From the NCBI RefSeq assembly GCF_009914755.1, contig NC_060927.1: 64,000 bases of DNA. One strand, given 5' to 3'. How positions within the stretch are numbered: position 1 is the first letter of the stretch; each line of letters begins with the position of its first letter. Source of the DNA: the human T2T-CHM13v2.0 reference genome, Homo sapiens. Positions 13,391 through 25,403 of this stretch are shown here, in pieces. Under the pieces are notes generated by a model. The model searched no databases. It saw only the letters and a list, made by a program, of their open reading frames with translations, and was not told the origin of the DNA. Position numbers and translations under genes: made by a program.

Positions 13391-14820
13391 AAAGGCTGAC
13401 CTTCAGAGAGACGGGTTCTAAAGGAGACTACTTCCCTCTTCTAGCTTGCCATGGAGTCTTGGTCAAAGCATTCTTTCTCTGAACTTCATTTTCTCTTGTG
13501 AGGTACAAAGCAAATTATTTTTGCTGGTAACTATTTTACAGGGATGTAAACGCAGGATATCAACACAGCATGAGCAGCAGGTCTGACCTTGGGGAGTTTC
13601 CTGCCAGCCAGTCCACGATCCCTATGACCCTCCTCTCCCTCCTCGGCTGTGCTGGGCACACCTCCTGCACTGCACCATGTCCTCTCAGAAGGCTGAGCTG
13701 CACTCTGCTGGGATGAGATTGCTCCAAACCTGGCAATGCTTATTTATTCCTTTAATATCTTTGTGCTTACAAACAGCACTGTATATGAGAAATGGCAGGC
13801 CCTTCATTTTATACAAAATGTGAGGAATCTTATGAGCATGGATTTCATAGCTGAATCCACATTTATCTTCTTCTGAACATGGTATTAAACAGTATCTACA
13901 GGGGTTCAGACATACAGTGCAGAATGACAGTACATTACATGCTTCCTTCTGCACAGAAGCTTCCATTGGCCCAGCTGATCCCGGAGGAAAGAGACGTTTC
14001 CTGAGGCACTTGTTGAAGTCTTCTTTGCTATGTGCATTTATTATGAAATACAATTTTGTTTCCACATTCTGACAAGACACAGTAATAAAGTCTGCAATGG
14101 AAATCTGCATGGTAATTTGCATAAATTGACTCAAGATTCTCTTCTCAGGAAAAGAAATAATGAAAAGGCATGTTACGTGCGTCTTCTTTTAGCCTTGGCC
14201 AGGCCTGGGCCCAGGGCTGGGGAAGCATCCATAAGTGGCAGAAAGCAGCTGGGCATGACAAGCCTTTGACAATGAAGTTGCTGTTTGTGCTCTGCACCAC
14301 TAACCATTAAATGAAAGTATCAGGGTAAAGTCATGTAAATTAGCTTGCAAATGAGCCTGCTGAAACTTCAGGTTCCAGACTGGCAAGTGGGTGCTTTGGA
14401 GAGATGAGACAGCAGTCTCTGGCAAATAGGCTGGGCATATCCTTGCCAGAAGCGCAGTAATGCGCCCTGGGGGAGGGGATGTTGGCTCAGAAGGCCACAG
14501 TACGGGTACTTGCATTCTTCCAGATACCTCAGTTTCAAAGTCTGTATGGTCCTGGAGGCCACTTTTCTCCCAATGGAGAGTGGCTTGTACTTTAGTCACC
14601 ACCCAATTTAAATATGTGATTGCTCTTTTATTTCCTGACTGTGGTCTGAAAACAACATACACCTTCAAATTTTAAATAAGGTTAAATTTCATCAATATCA
14701 GTGGGTCCCTTCAAAAGCTACCCATAATGTGCAAGGTCGTGTGGCCTGAAGCTCCCTGAGAGGCCTCCCAAAGGGTGACAAATGGATTCATGTGTGCCAG
14801 CCCTCCCCTCAACTCTTATA

Positions 14821-15948
14821 GCAAAAGATACTCCAGGTGTCGGACTTTTGAGGGCATCTAAGAACTTACTTATGGTAACCTACAAAATGAATTAGGAAAG
14901 ATTACTAAAGCCTGGAGCAGAGAACTGCATCCTGAGTCCATTCCACTTATTAAATGTATCAGGAGCTACTGGTGGGCTCACCCAGCACCCATTGGCAACC
15001 TCCTACTCCCTTGCTTGACTACTTTAGACTGTAAAAGCTAAATTTGGCTTTCCCAGCCTCTCTAGAGGCTAACGGTAATGGTGTGACTCAATTCTGGCCA
15101 ATAAGACACAGGAAGCAGTCTGCTGGAGCGGGGAGGAACTCCAGGGAAGCTCTTGCTTTTTCTGCCTTGAATGTGGATGTGATGTCTGGAGCAGCAACAG
15201 CCAGCACGCACGAAGATGAGAACCCACAGGCCACGACGGCAGAATGGAAAAAGCAATAGTCCAGGGGCCTGATGGTAGCACCACTCAGTGTGCCAACCAC
15301 ATGACTTCTTGCACCTACAAAATTAAAACTCTCCTTCATTTATGCCACTGTTCATCAGCTTTCTGTACTAGGAGGGGACTACATTTCTAATTTGCATGTG
15401 CTGACAAAGAAGTGGACGGGAGGACATAGGAGAGGAGGGAGAGAAAGAAAGGATGTTAGAGCCTGGGCAGTGTGGTTGGCACACTGAGTGGTGGTACACC
15501 AGGCCCCTGGACTATTGCTTATTCTGTTCTGCTGTCGTGGCCCATGGGTTCTCATCTTTGTACAGACTGTCTGTTGCTGCTCCAGACATCACATCCACAT
15601 TCAAGGCAGAAAAAGCAAGCAAGAGCTTCCCTGGAATCCTTCCCCCCAAGCAGACTGCTGCTTGTGTCTTATTGGCCAGAATTGAGTCATATCATTACTC
15701 TTAGCCTCTAGAGAGGCTGGGAAAGCCAAATTTAGCTTTTACAGTCTCTAATCAAGCGAGGGAGTAGGAGGTTGCCAATGGGTACTGGGTGAGCCCACCA
15801 GTAGCTCCTGATACATTTAATGAGTGGAATGGACTCAGGATGCAGTTCTCTGCTCCAGGCTTTAGTAATCTTTCCTAATTCATTTTGTAGTTACCATAAG
15901 TAAGTTCTTAGATGCCCTCAAAAGTCCAACGCCTGGAGTATCTTCTGC
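14821..15948. repeat. Long inverted repeat: arms 14821-15301 and 15471-15948, spacer 15302-15470
   Basis: The reverse complement of the right arm aligns along the whole left arm. Mirror ORFs on opposite strands (15088..15339 minus vs 15453..15704 plus) share peptide sequence. Confidence 0.96.
14960..15395 (+). mobile_element. ERVL LTR (LTR33/LTR16-like); its 5' ~340 bp is included in the inverted duplication
   Basis: TTTCCCAGCCTC..TGTGACTCAATTCTGGCCAAT..TGCCTTGAATGTGGATGTGATGTCTGGAGC; the LTR 3' end (TTTATGCCACTG..TTTCTGT) lies in the spacer. Confidence 0.6.
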
Positions 15949-17546
15949 CGGGTCAATGTTCAGAGGGAACACCTGGATGACTTGCAGTGCCCCAGTGGGT
16001 CTCTGAGGCAGGGTCATCTTGCCAGAGTGATTGGCATTCAGATTTCACGACATAAGAGTGTCACCTCATATTGTGACCCCAGAACATAATGTCTGCAAAA
16101 AATGAAACTCTACTCTATTAATATAAAAAATATCCTCATGTTGCTAGAGTTAACCGAGGACTGCAGTCCAGTGCTCTGCCCGAAGTCTATGGGGTTGAGC
16201 ATCATTTGGCAGAGCTGCAAAGCACAGCACAAGTGCACATGCAGGGATGGTCGGGACACTGTGGAAAGTTGTCATTTGTTTCACTTTATCACTATTATCT
16301 TGGTTTGTTGCAGGGTTTCTGTACAGTAATGCACATTTCTATCAACAGTGGTTTTGGCCCATAATTTTCCATCACCTCGACTTTAATACCTATATGAGCC
16401 ATAGTTCAAATACAAATTAATTACATTCCTACTTCCAAAGTTTAAGGCCACTGGTTTAGGTGATAGACGGGCTAAATTCCATCTGAATAATTTCCAGCTT
16501 AAAAAAAAGAGTAATACTAAGAAACTAAAAAGCTCGGCCAGGGTCTCCCAGCGAAGTGGGACTTGAACCTGGGGCTTAAACCTAGGCCTCTTTTTGAAGG
16601 GAAAAAAAAAAAAAAAAAAAAAAGGACTGAGGCATAGGGGACATTCTGAATCCTCCTTGGCGTGTGCCCTCACTCTGACCACCTCTACCAGGGCAGAAGA
16701 TCCTGTCCCATCTCCCCCAGGTGCTGGGGACGTGCGGCATTTTAGATTCTGTGGGTAAAAGATCCCTTCTGGCACTCTGCCTCCGTTCTACATTCCATTA
16801 GAGAAAACGCACCCATTTTTAGGGCTTTAGGAATCTAGATTTGCCCAGTCTCTCACAGGCTGGCCTGATAGAACAGCCATTTGCAAGCATTTTGGCTGTT
16901 TGATCATTACCTCCCACTGGACTCTTCCTTTTTCTTTGTATTGATGGCACTGATATTCTTCCAGCATTTCTAGACAGAAACCTGGGGCGCATTCAGGCCT
17001 CTTCCTCTTCTCTATGTAACCCACAGACACACTGTTCGTTGGCCCCTTCCACTTCCTGTGCCATCTCTCCTAGGGCCCTCGCTCACCTCCCACACAGCCC
17101 TGCATGGTTCCTCCCTTGCCCCTGCCCTCCTTGCCCTTCCACACACAGCTGTATCTGAGTCTGTGTGCCCCGCCTCAGCTGCCACCCCTGGTCCCGGCCC
17201 AGCCCCTCCAGGCCTGCCTCCCACAAACTCCTTATCTTTGATCCCATCAGTGTCTGGGTCAGGAACCCTCCATGGCGCACCCTTCCTACCCAGGGATCCC
17301 AACCCGCCCTCGGGCCTTCCACAGTCCCAGTCACTGGGGCCAACTCACCCACCAGGCACGAGGGGCACAGAGCCCAGTGCCCGTAAGACACTTAAGGGCC
17401 AAGGAAAATGTTTCCATTTTAATTTCTCTTAAAATCAGGAGAAGAAATGACTATAATTATAATGAATCCAGCCTGAATTACATTCATCTCTATACCAATG
17501 TAGCTGTAAAAATATAATTCTTAACATGTTTTTAAAGGAAGAGACC

Positions 17547-17914
17547 TGTATTTGTTTCCTAGGCCTGCCATAACAAAGTACCACAGACTGGATGGCTTCA
17601 ACTACAGTCATCTCCTCACAGCTCTGGAGGCTGGAGTCTGAGACTGAGGTGTAGGCACAATTGGCTTCTTGAGAGGCCCTCCCTGGCTTACAGATGGCTG
17701 TCCCTTCCTGTGTCCTCACATTGTCTTTCTCTGTGAATGTCAATGTCCTCATCTCCTCTTCTTATAAGGACACCAGTCATATTGAACTAGGGCCACCCTA
17801 ATAATCTCATTTTACTTCTGTAGAGACCCTATCTTTATCTACAGTCCCATGCTGCGATACTTGGGACCAGAACTTCGATGCAGGAATTTTGAGGAGACAC
17901 AATTCAGCCCATGT
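17547..17914 (-). mobile_element. MLT1B-like MaLR solo LTR
   Basis: TGTATTTGTTTCCTAGG..GCCATAACAAAGTACCACAGACTGG...TCTTATAAGGACACCAGTCATATTG. Confidence 0.82.
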
Positions 17915-18129
17915 TAGGGCCCATGAAGCGAAATGCCTGAGGCCCATGAAAGTCAAAATGCAGCCCTGCCAACAGCCCACTCACAGGCCCCACTACTGCC
18001 CTCCACTCCAACATGCCGAGCTTTTCAGCGTCTTAGTACTGCATTTTTTTAACCTGGAAATTAATCAGATGGAATTTAACCCCTGTATCATCTAGACCAG
18101 TGGCCTACTTTAGAGGTAGGAATGTAGCA

Positions 18130-18452
18130 AATATGTATGTATGTATGTATTTATTAATTGACTGACTGATTGAAATAGGGTCTTGCTCTGTGACCCAGGC
18201 TGGAGTGCAGTGGCATGATCATGGCTCACTGCAGCCTTGACCTCACAGGCTCAAGCAATCCTCCCATCTCAGCCTCCTGAGTAGCTGGGACCACAGGCTC
18301 ATGCCACTATATACAACTAATTTTTAAAAAATTTATAATAACAGGGTTTCGTTATCTTGACCAGACTGGTCTTGAATTCCTGGCCTCAAGCAATCCTCTG
18401 GCCTTGGCCTCCCGAAGTGCTGGGATTACAGGTGTGAACCCCCACCCTCAGC
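18130..18452 (-). mobile_element. AluJ-type SINE with (TATG)n tail
   Basis: GGCTGGAGTGCAGTGGCATGATCATGGCTCACTGCAGCCTTGACCTC. Confidence 0.9.
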
Positions 18453-19309
18453 TGTAAATTTATATTTAAACCGTAGCTCATGTAGGTCTTAAAGTCTAGA
18501 TGATGGAAAATTACACCAAGAAAAAAGTGCTCAGTAACCTCAGAATCTTGCCGGAAGTCCTACAGGTGTCTCTTTTCACGCCCCTTTTCTATTCCTGGGT
18601 TGGGGGTGGGTGTCAGGGTCCAGTGTCCATGAGTGTGTGAGTGTGTCCACGGGGAACCTTCTGGCTTGATCCCCACTCAGGTCTGTTTTCATCATTGGGT
18701 CCTACCTCACCTACACCAGCAAAGGCAGTGCGAGGGCTTTTTAGGCCCGAGTCTCTGTTTGTTAAGGTCATGCTGCCAAGGCTGGCAACCCCCTGGGCCA
18801 CCTGAGAATGTGCTGACCTGGAAAGAGATAGCAGAGAACCAAATACCATGTTGAATAAAGCATAGCCTTCCATGCACAGTGACCTCTCCTGTTTGTCCCC
18901 TCCCTAAGCAGCTGGGATGTGCTGTGTGTGGAGCTCAGCTCCTCTCAGAAGGGCAAGATCACTGGGGAGGGGCAGGTGCTGATTTATGGGCTGAGCAGCC
19001 AGATAAGTGGCCTGCAGACACAATGGCCAGGCCCCAGGAAACACTCATATTTATTTCATTAAATCAACGTACAAAATGTTACACAAAGAAATGATCTGGA
19101 GACACCTTGTGAGAATAAAAAGACATGTGGCCAAGAAAGGATCCCGGGGGAAATGGCCTCACCAGGTCGAGATGCTGGGCAGGAGGCACGTGAAGGGCCG
19201 GAGGGGCTCGGAGCCTGCAGGGGCTATGCTGGGGGGTGCGGAGGTGCCCAAGCTGAGGAATAGGCCAGAAGGTCCAGTCCCCATTGGGATCAGACTGGGA
19301 GGTACTAGG

Positions 19310-19730
19310 ATTTTGGAGAGAGTTGAAGGGTATCCATCCCCAAATTCATGCCCACTTGGAACTTCAGAATATGAGCTTATTTGAAAATTGCAGTTTTGGA
19401 CATACGATTAATTAAGGATCTTGAGAGAAAAAATCATCCAGAATTTAGGGTGGGTCCTTAAATCCAGTGACTGGTGTCCTCTTAAGAAGAGGTGAGGACA
19501 CAGAGAGACAGGAGGCCTGCTGAAGACAGAGGCGGAGAGTGGAGTGATACAGCCACTAGCCGAGGAAGGCCCGGAGGCACTGGAAGCTGGGGGGATTCTC
19601 TCCCAGAGCCTTCTGAGAACAAGGCCCTCCATGCCTTGATTTTGGACTTCAACCTCCAGAACAGTAAGAAAATAAACTTCTGTTGTTTTAAGGCACTCTG
19701 CGGCAATTTGTTAAGGCAGCCCCAGGAGAA
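19310..19730 (+). mobile_element. MLT1C-like MaLR solo LTR
   Basis: CCCCAAATTCATGCCCAC..GAACTTCAGAATATGA...CCTCCAGAACAGTAAGAAAATAAACTTCTGTTGTTTTAAG. Confidence 0.82.
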
Positions 19731-22619
19731 GAGAGAGGAAAGCCTCAGGGCGGAGCGGCAGGAATGCAGTGAGGATCACCTGCAAGGCCAGAGCATCTCA
19801 GGCAACCCCTTGGCCTGGGAGGGCAAGGAGGCAGCCACTCTGTTCCCAGGCTCTGTGGGACCCAGGAAAGGATCCAGCGCAGGCAGAGCTTCACAGGCCT
19901 CCAGAAATGCTCCTCCACTCTGAGAGTGTGTCCTCCTGAGAGCAGCTGGATGAGCTCTGGCAGGCCAGGGACCTGCTCCCAGGGACAGCCCGTTAAGTCA
20001 GTGGTTTCCTAATTTGTGCCATGGTGTGAGGCCCAGGGACAAGCCAGTGGCTCTAAGTGCATCACAATCACTGCTGAGGCTTTAAGCATGCTAATACCCG
20101 AGCCCGTGAATCTCGCAAAAGGTGATGCTAACAGGCAGCCAGGAGTGATAGAGGGCCCATGAGAGACCGGAGAAGAGTGCTGCTACCACCAAATCCTCCC
20201 CCTCCATCCCCAGCAGCACCTGCAGAGGCTGAACCCTTCCATGGTGGCATGAGTACAGGTTTCACACAGGCGGCTCACAGACCAGGCCTGCAGAAGGGGA
20301 AGGGGGCTGGCCCCAAAGACAGCCAAGTCTCATCACAATGCACATACTGGAAGGTTTTTTTCTATCATAAATTTTGAAAATTACTTAGTTGGGGTTTTAT
20401 ATGAGAGAACCACTGCAGACATGAATCTCATCTGGCTGTGACTCTTGTTTTTTTACTTCTTCAAGTGAGTGGATTTAGATGAGGTGATGGGCAGGGTGTT
20501 GAGAGGCCAGAGAGTACATGTGTCATGAGAACACATGTGTGTATGTGTGTTTGGGGGTGAGGAGGTAAGTGTGAGGCAAGAGGAGGTAGAAGACCTGCTC
20601 CCCTGAGGCATCTCACGGGGCCTACCAGGTGGACAAAAAGTCTTGAGAGGTCTGTAGAACCCAGCTCCACACACCCAGGTCCTCATGCCAGCCCCTCAGG
20701 GTCTCCTGCATGTTCAGTTTTAGACCGAGAAAGAACTCACCAGCTGTCACTGAGGATAGGGTTAAACGCCCCCTCCCTGTCCTTCATGCCCTGGCTGAAG
20801 GCAGGGCCAGATTCTGTGGCCAGGCCACTTTCTTCTGCCTCTCCAAACATAGAGTAGGCATTTGACAAACATCTTTTGTCAGAATGAGTGAACGAGAGGG
20901 GAGTAGTGGGGCCAGAGACAGAAAGTGTGGGATGGAAAGAGGGAAGGAGGGGTAGATTCCATTCTAGGAACTGTCTGGGCACCTCAGCCAATCAAGGCAA
21001 GACAGCTCTGCCAGGTTGTACTGCTGGAAGGATGTCTGAAGGGGTGGTGGGGAGTGATTGCTGTGCAGGGGCACAACTTGGGGTGAGGTAAGCTGAATCC
21101 CCAAAGACCCTGGGGATCTTGTCTACTTCTCGAATGCCTCTGCCACCATGTTAGGAAAAACAAACAAAATAACATTTCCCCTTCTCCATCTCCAGAGAAT
21201 TCATTAAAATGAGCCTCTGTATACACAGAATTGGAGCCCTGGTCTCCCAGCCTAATTACCATTTTTAAGAGCACTGGGAAAGGAATTCCACCTGCTGCAA
21301 TATTGAAAAAAAAAAAAAGAGAAAGCCTGCGATGGGGAGGGCAGTCCTCTCTGAGGTTTCTCTCCTCTTGTCACCACACTGGGTCCTTGAGGCCTCTTGA
21401 TCTGATGGGTCTAAAACCCGAGGCCAACTCTCCATGCTGTTTTTTTTGTGTGTGTGCCAGCAGGCACTGGTGATACCAACTATGGTCAGGCCCTGTGCTA
21501 GACTCATGAATGCAGTGGTGGGTCCCAGAGGGTCCTGGCCTCAGCCAAGCACAGAGCCCAGCTCAGAGCCAGATGCACACAGGAGCTACTGCACAGTTGA
21601 GAGGCTAAACCAGCCCTGAGGATGATGCTATAGGAAAGATGGTCACGGAGGGGACAGAGGATGAAAGGGCCTCGCTGCTCAGACCAAACATGTGCTCTGG
21701 GCCTTGATGCATCCAGAGAATTCTCGCAGCAGAGAAGAGAGGAAAGGGCATTCCGGCAGAGGCAATGACATGAGTCAAAGTGTGGAGGCATAACAGTGTC
21801 ACTCCAAGGGCAGTAGGAGCAGGGAAGTCGGCTGGACCACAGGATGGGGGACAAGCAGTAGGCAATGGGAGACGACGCTGAACATGGAGGTAGGGCGAGA
21901 TTTTGAGGAACTTGAATGACATGGGGAGGAGATGAGGCTTTGATCCATACTAATGGGACCCACTGCACAGGCCTGGGGGCCCCCTTTGTCACCCCCTTGC
22001 CACTGCCAAGAACACCAACCAACCAAGAGTCTCACTGTTTTCAATGGGACACTAACAAGAAGCATTATATGTAACTTAATAGTAAGAAATCAAAATAATA
22101 TATGAGATCATTCATACACACACATGCATGCACAAAAATAAATGAATACCAAGTCAGACTTCAGAACTAAGTCTGTTGCAGCTGTCATCTTGAATTCAAA
22201 CCGATCCAGTAGAACTCCCCTCATTAGGAGGACAGGCTTGGTGCTACAAAGCCCTGGCCCAGAGAGGATACAACAAAGACAAAGTGTGACCAAGGTGAAC
22301 ATCCCACAGTCCACACCTGAGGCTGTGCACATCAGCCAGGGCCCCTCTCCCAGAGCCTCTGTCAATTCCTATGGTCAGTTTCACCAAGTCCACTGGCTAG
22401 CCAGTATTTCAGACCATAGCAGAGTAGAAGCAGAGGTAAAGTAAAAATTGAGACCACAGCAAAGAAAGAGTAAAAATGAGAGAGAGGCAGACAGAGGGGC
22501 TGTATTTAAGGCAAGGAGGATAATTGGTCCAGAGGGAGACAGACAGACTAAAAAGTAGATACAGAGCTGCAGTCTGCAGTGAGCTGTGCTCCACATACTC
22601 TGTAAATCCAGAAAGGAGG

Positions 22620-22950
22620 AGGGACGTCTTAGAACAGCAGTCCCCGCTGTGTTCTATAAATATTTGTCCTTTGAGAACTCGATAACCAAGGGATTCCATG
22701 ATCAAATACATCTGAGAGATCCTACACACTATATCCCTCTTTCAGTAAATCAAAACTATACACTGATATAGTCAGGCTCCGAGAAGCCCTGCAGCACAGC
22801 AGTAGATTTACTTTTGTTCACCCAGTGTTCCCTAAATCTGTACAAGCTCTGAACCCACCACCCCCTACCTCAACTTTTTTTCAAGTAACACCTACCAACA
22901 CCTCTTGGAATTAGTATCTCACAGAATCCACTAGTGTAGAAAAATGCATT
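22620..22950. mobile_element. MER103-like hAT-Charlie remnant
   Basis: AAGGGATTCCATGATCAAATA...AACACCTACCAACACCTCTTGGAATTAGT. Confidence 0.45.
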
Positions 22951-23293
22951 ATCATTTGTCTCTATCTAAGGAATAAAACAGCACCTTTTTTCTTTAAAAG
23001 AGTTGAAATGATTAAGTTTGGTGCCTTTTGCAAAAAGCTATAATTGCATGGAAAATTCACTTTACTTGCACAAACCTCCCTACTCACCAGTGGTGCCAGG
23101 AAAGTGACATGTTATTAACCCCCAAGAACTTGGCCTTCAGGGCACCTGGAACCACCTCTGGGCCTCTGGTTGACCCCAGACTACGCCTCCAGGGCCAGGA
23201 GCTGCAGAGGTCACCGCATCCAGCCTCCTGCCCATGTAGGGCAGGGCAAGCTCATCGCACCAGCCTCTCCAGGGAAGGAAGTGCCTCAGCAAC

Positions 23294-23365
23294 CGTGTGT
23301 GTGTGTGTGCGCGCGTGTGTGTGTTTGTGTGCGTGTGTGGGGGGGGGCGGGGGTGAGAGAGAGAG
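23294..23365. repeat. Compound (TG)n/(GC)n/(G)n/(GA)n microsatellite
   Basis: GTGTGTGTGTGTGTGCGCGCGTGTGTGTG...GGGGGGGGG..GAGAGAGAGA. Confidence 0.9.
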
Positions 23366-23758
23366 AAGGTCCCAGCAAACATAACCATTACAACCATGCA
23401 TGAGGCGCAAGTTCGCCTAACACTCTCATTTTCATCTTGTTCCTCTTCCACATGATGACTCCCCTGAACAACCAAACACTATCATGGTTTGGATCTGCCT
23501 GTGAGGAACAAGAGAACACAGACTCTCTCTATTTTTAGAATTTTCCTCTGAAAAATGTTCCCTTTACCGAGGGGTGGATTTTCAGAAGGGCTCAAGCTCT
23601 TTACAGGGATGGGGCCAGTATAGAGGTGGGAAGCTCCTCCATAGCAAAATGACAGCCTGGGAACCCAGGGCCATTCCACTCCCACCCCAGCTCAGCAAGT
23701 TTCAAAGAGAGGTCAGCCACTGCCAGATGATATGGAGGGTGAGCACCCAGGACCTCAC

Positions 23759-23817
23759 CTGGTATGTGTTGTCGAAGCTGTCGTACATGAACCTCGTAAT
23801 CAGAGACGTCTTCCCGA
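23759..23817 (-). CDS. RAB6B: RAB6B coding exon 2 (59 nt; (V)GKTSLITRFMYDSFDNTYQ)
   Basis: Acceptor TTGTTTTGCAG/TC and donor CAG/GTGAGG; the peptide is visible inside ORF 23702..24073; completes GxxxxGKT. Confidence 0.97.
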
Positions 23818-24339
23818 CTGCAAAACAACAAGGAGAGAGGTGTTCAGTCATGGCATCTGAGCTAGGCTCTTCTAAACACACTGCATTTGAAGAAAAGATA
23901 ACAAAACCAAAAAGCACAGGGGAAAGGCCGAGTTGCAGAAATACAGAAGTGGGAGACAGGCCCCTGCTAGGGACCCCGTGGTGAGGCCACCGAGTCTCTA
24001 TACCAGGTGGGCTGAGGGCTGTTCCTGCCAGGCACCAGGGTGCTGCCAAGGAGGAGGTATCCCACTGCCCCATGGATTTCCACTACCCAAATCCAGGTCT
24101 TCCTTGACCCAGGAGAACCCAGCTGATGCAAGAACCATCTATAAAGAATCAAGGTAAGTGGGTGCAAAACAGGAGGCTCCTCTCGTACTTGCCCATGTAC
24201 ACCTTGTTGTTGGTCATACACTGGAATGGAAGCCTGCCCTTTATTTCCTGTTAATTCAGCCTGAAGATTGGTGGGGACAGTGGCTTTCTAAGGAACCAGG
24301 GGCGGGGAGGCAAATGTCATTTCCCCATGTCTCTCATGG

Positions 24340-24513
24340 ACAGGACTATTCTTTGTGTATCTGACCGTCCAGCTCATTGCAGGATGTTTAGCATACCTGG
24401 AACCCCGCTAGGTAAATGCCAGGAGGATCCCCAGTCACTGTGACAACTGTAGACTCACTCACACATCTGCAAATGCCCTGTAGGGGCAGTGACACCCCAA
24501 CTGAGAACAACTG
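24340..24513. mobile_element. MER20-like hAT-Charlie element
   Basis: CATTGCAGGATGTTTAGCA..AATGCCAG..GTGACAAC..CAAATGCCC..CCCCAACTGAGAACAACTG. Confidence 0.65.
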
Positions 24514-25403
24514 GAACAGCTGAGAGAAAACAGGACGTCTCTTGGGAATCCTACAAATGCTGCTAATTTCCCAAATTGTAGAATTTGGCTTCTGACCTCA
24601 CCCTGTGCAGCTCCCCTGGGGCCTGGCAGTGACAGAAATGCCAACTGCTGCATTTCTAACCATCTGGGGTGGGGGAAGAGGGCAGTCAAGGGACATTCAT
24701 TAGGACGGGCCCTGCACGGATGCCTGTCTGTACTGTCCTATCATGTCTCTGCCATGACCCTGGGAGGCTCAGTGGGGAATCTGCCCAGCTGTGCTGGCTC
24801 AGAGCCCTTTCTGCACTAGGCTTCAGGAGGACAGGTAATGCTGGCAGGCAAAACAAAAGTACCCTCACCCTCCCATTTCCCAGGCTGGCAGTACATCCAC
24901 AAGCTGTGCCTGGTGGGGTGGCTGGTCACTCCCTGGAGGGAGCAGGACAAGCCAACAGGACCCCTTGGCAAAGGCCCTTTACCAGCTTTGAGGCCTCAAG
25001 AGTGCACCACATAACAGACAAGTGCACTCAGCTCCCAGCAGCCAGCATTTGCTATGGGAAAGATGATCTTCTACCCAGAAGGAGCATCTGACTGACTGTG
25101 TTTGGGCTAAATTCAGAAGACCCCATCTTTAACCCAGATTTGGTTAGCTGGATTGAAATCCTATTGGGGTACTTTTCAGCTGTGTCACCTTGAGGTTATC
25201 ACCATCCCAGGACCTCAGTTCCTCATTTGAAAATGAGTATATTAACATCAAAGACTTCAGGGGGCTGTAGTAAGAATTAAATCAGGTAAAAAGTACAAGG
25301 CACATGGGAAATGCTTAAAAGTGGAAGGAGGCAGCAGGTAACTGAGCAAGGTAAGGCAGTTTCCAGAATATCAGATGGAAAAAATATATGTATCACCACC
25401 ACC

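Noticed and set aside
15044-15711. Apparent paralogous small-protein pair on opposite strands
   Set aside because: Artefact of the inverted duplication of LTR-derived DNA.
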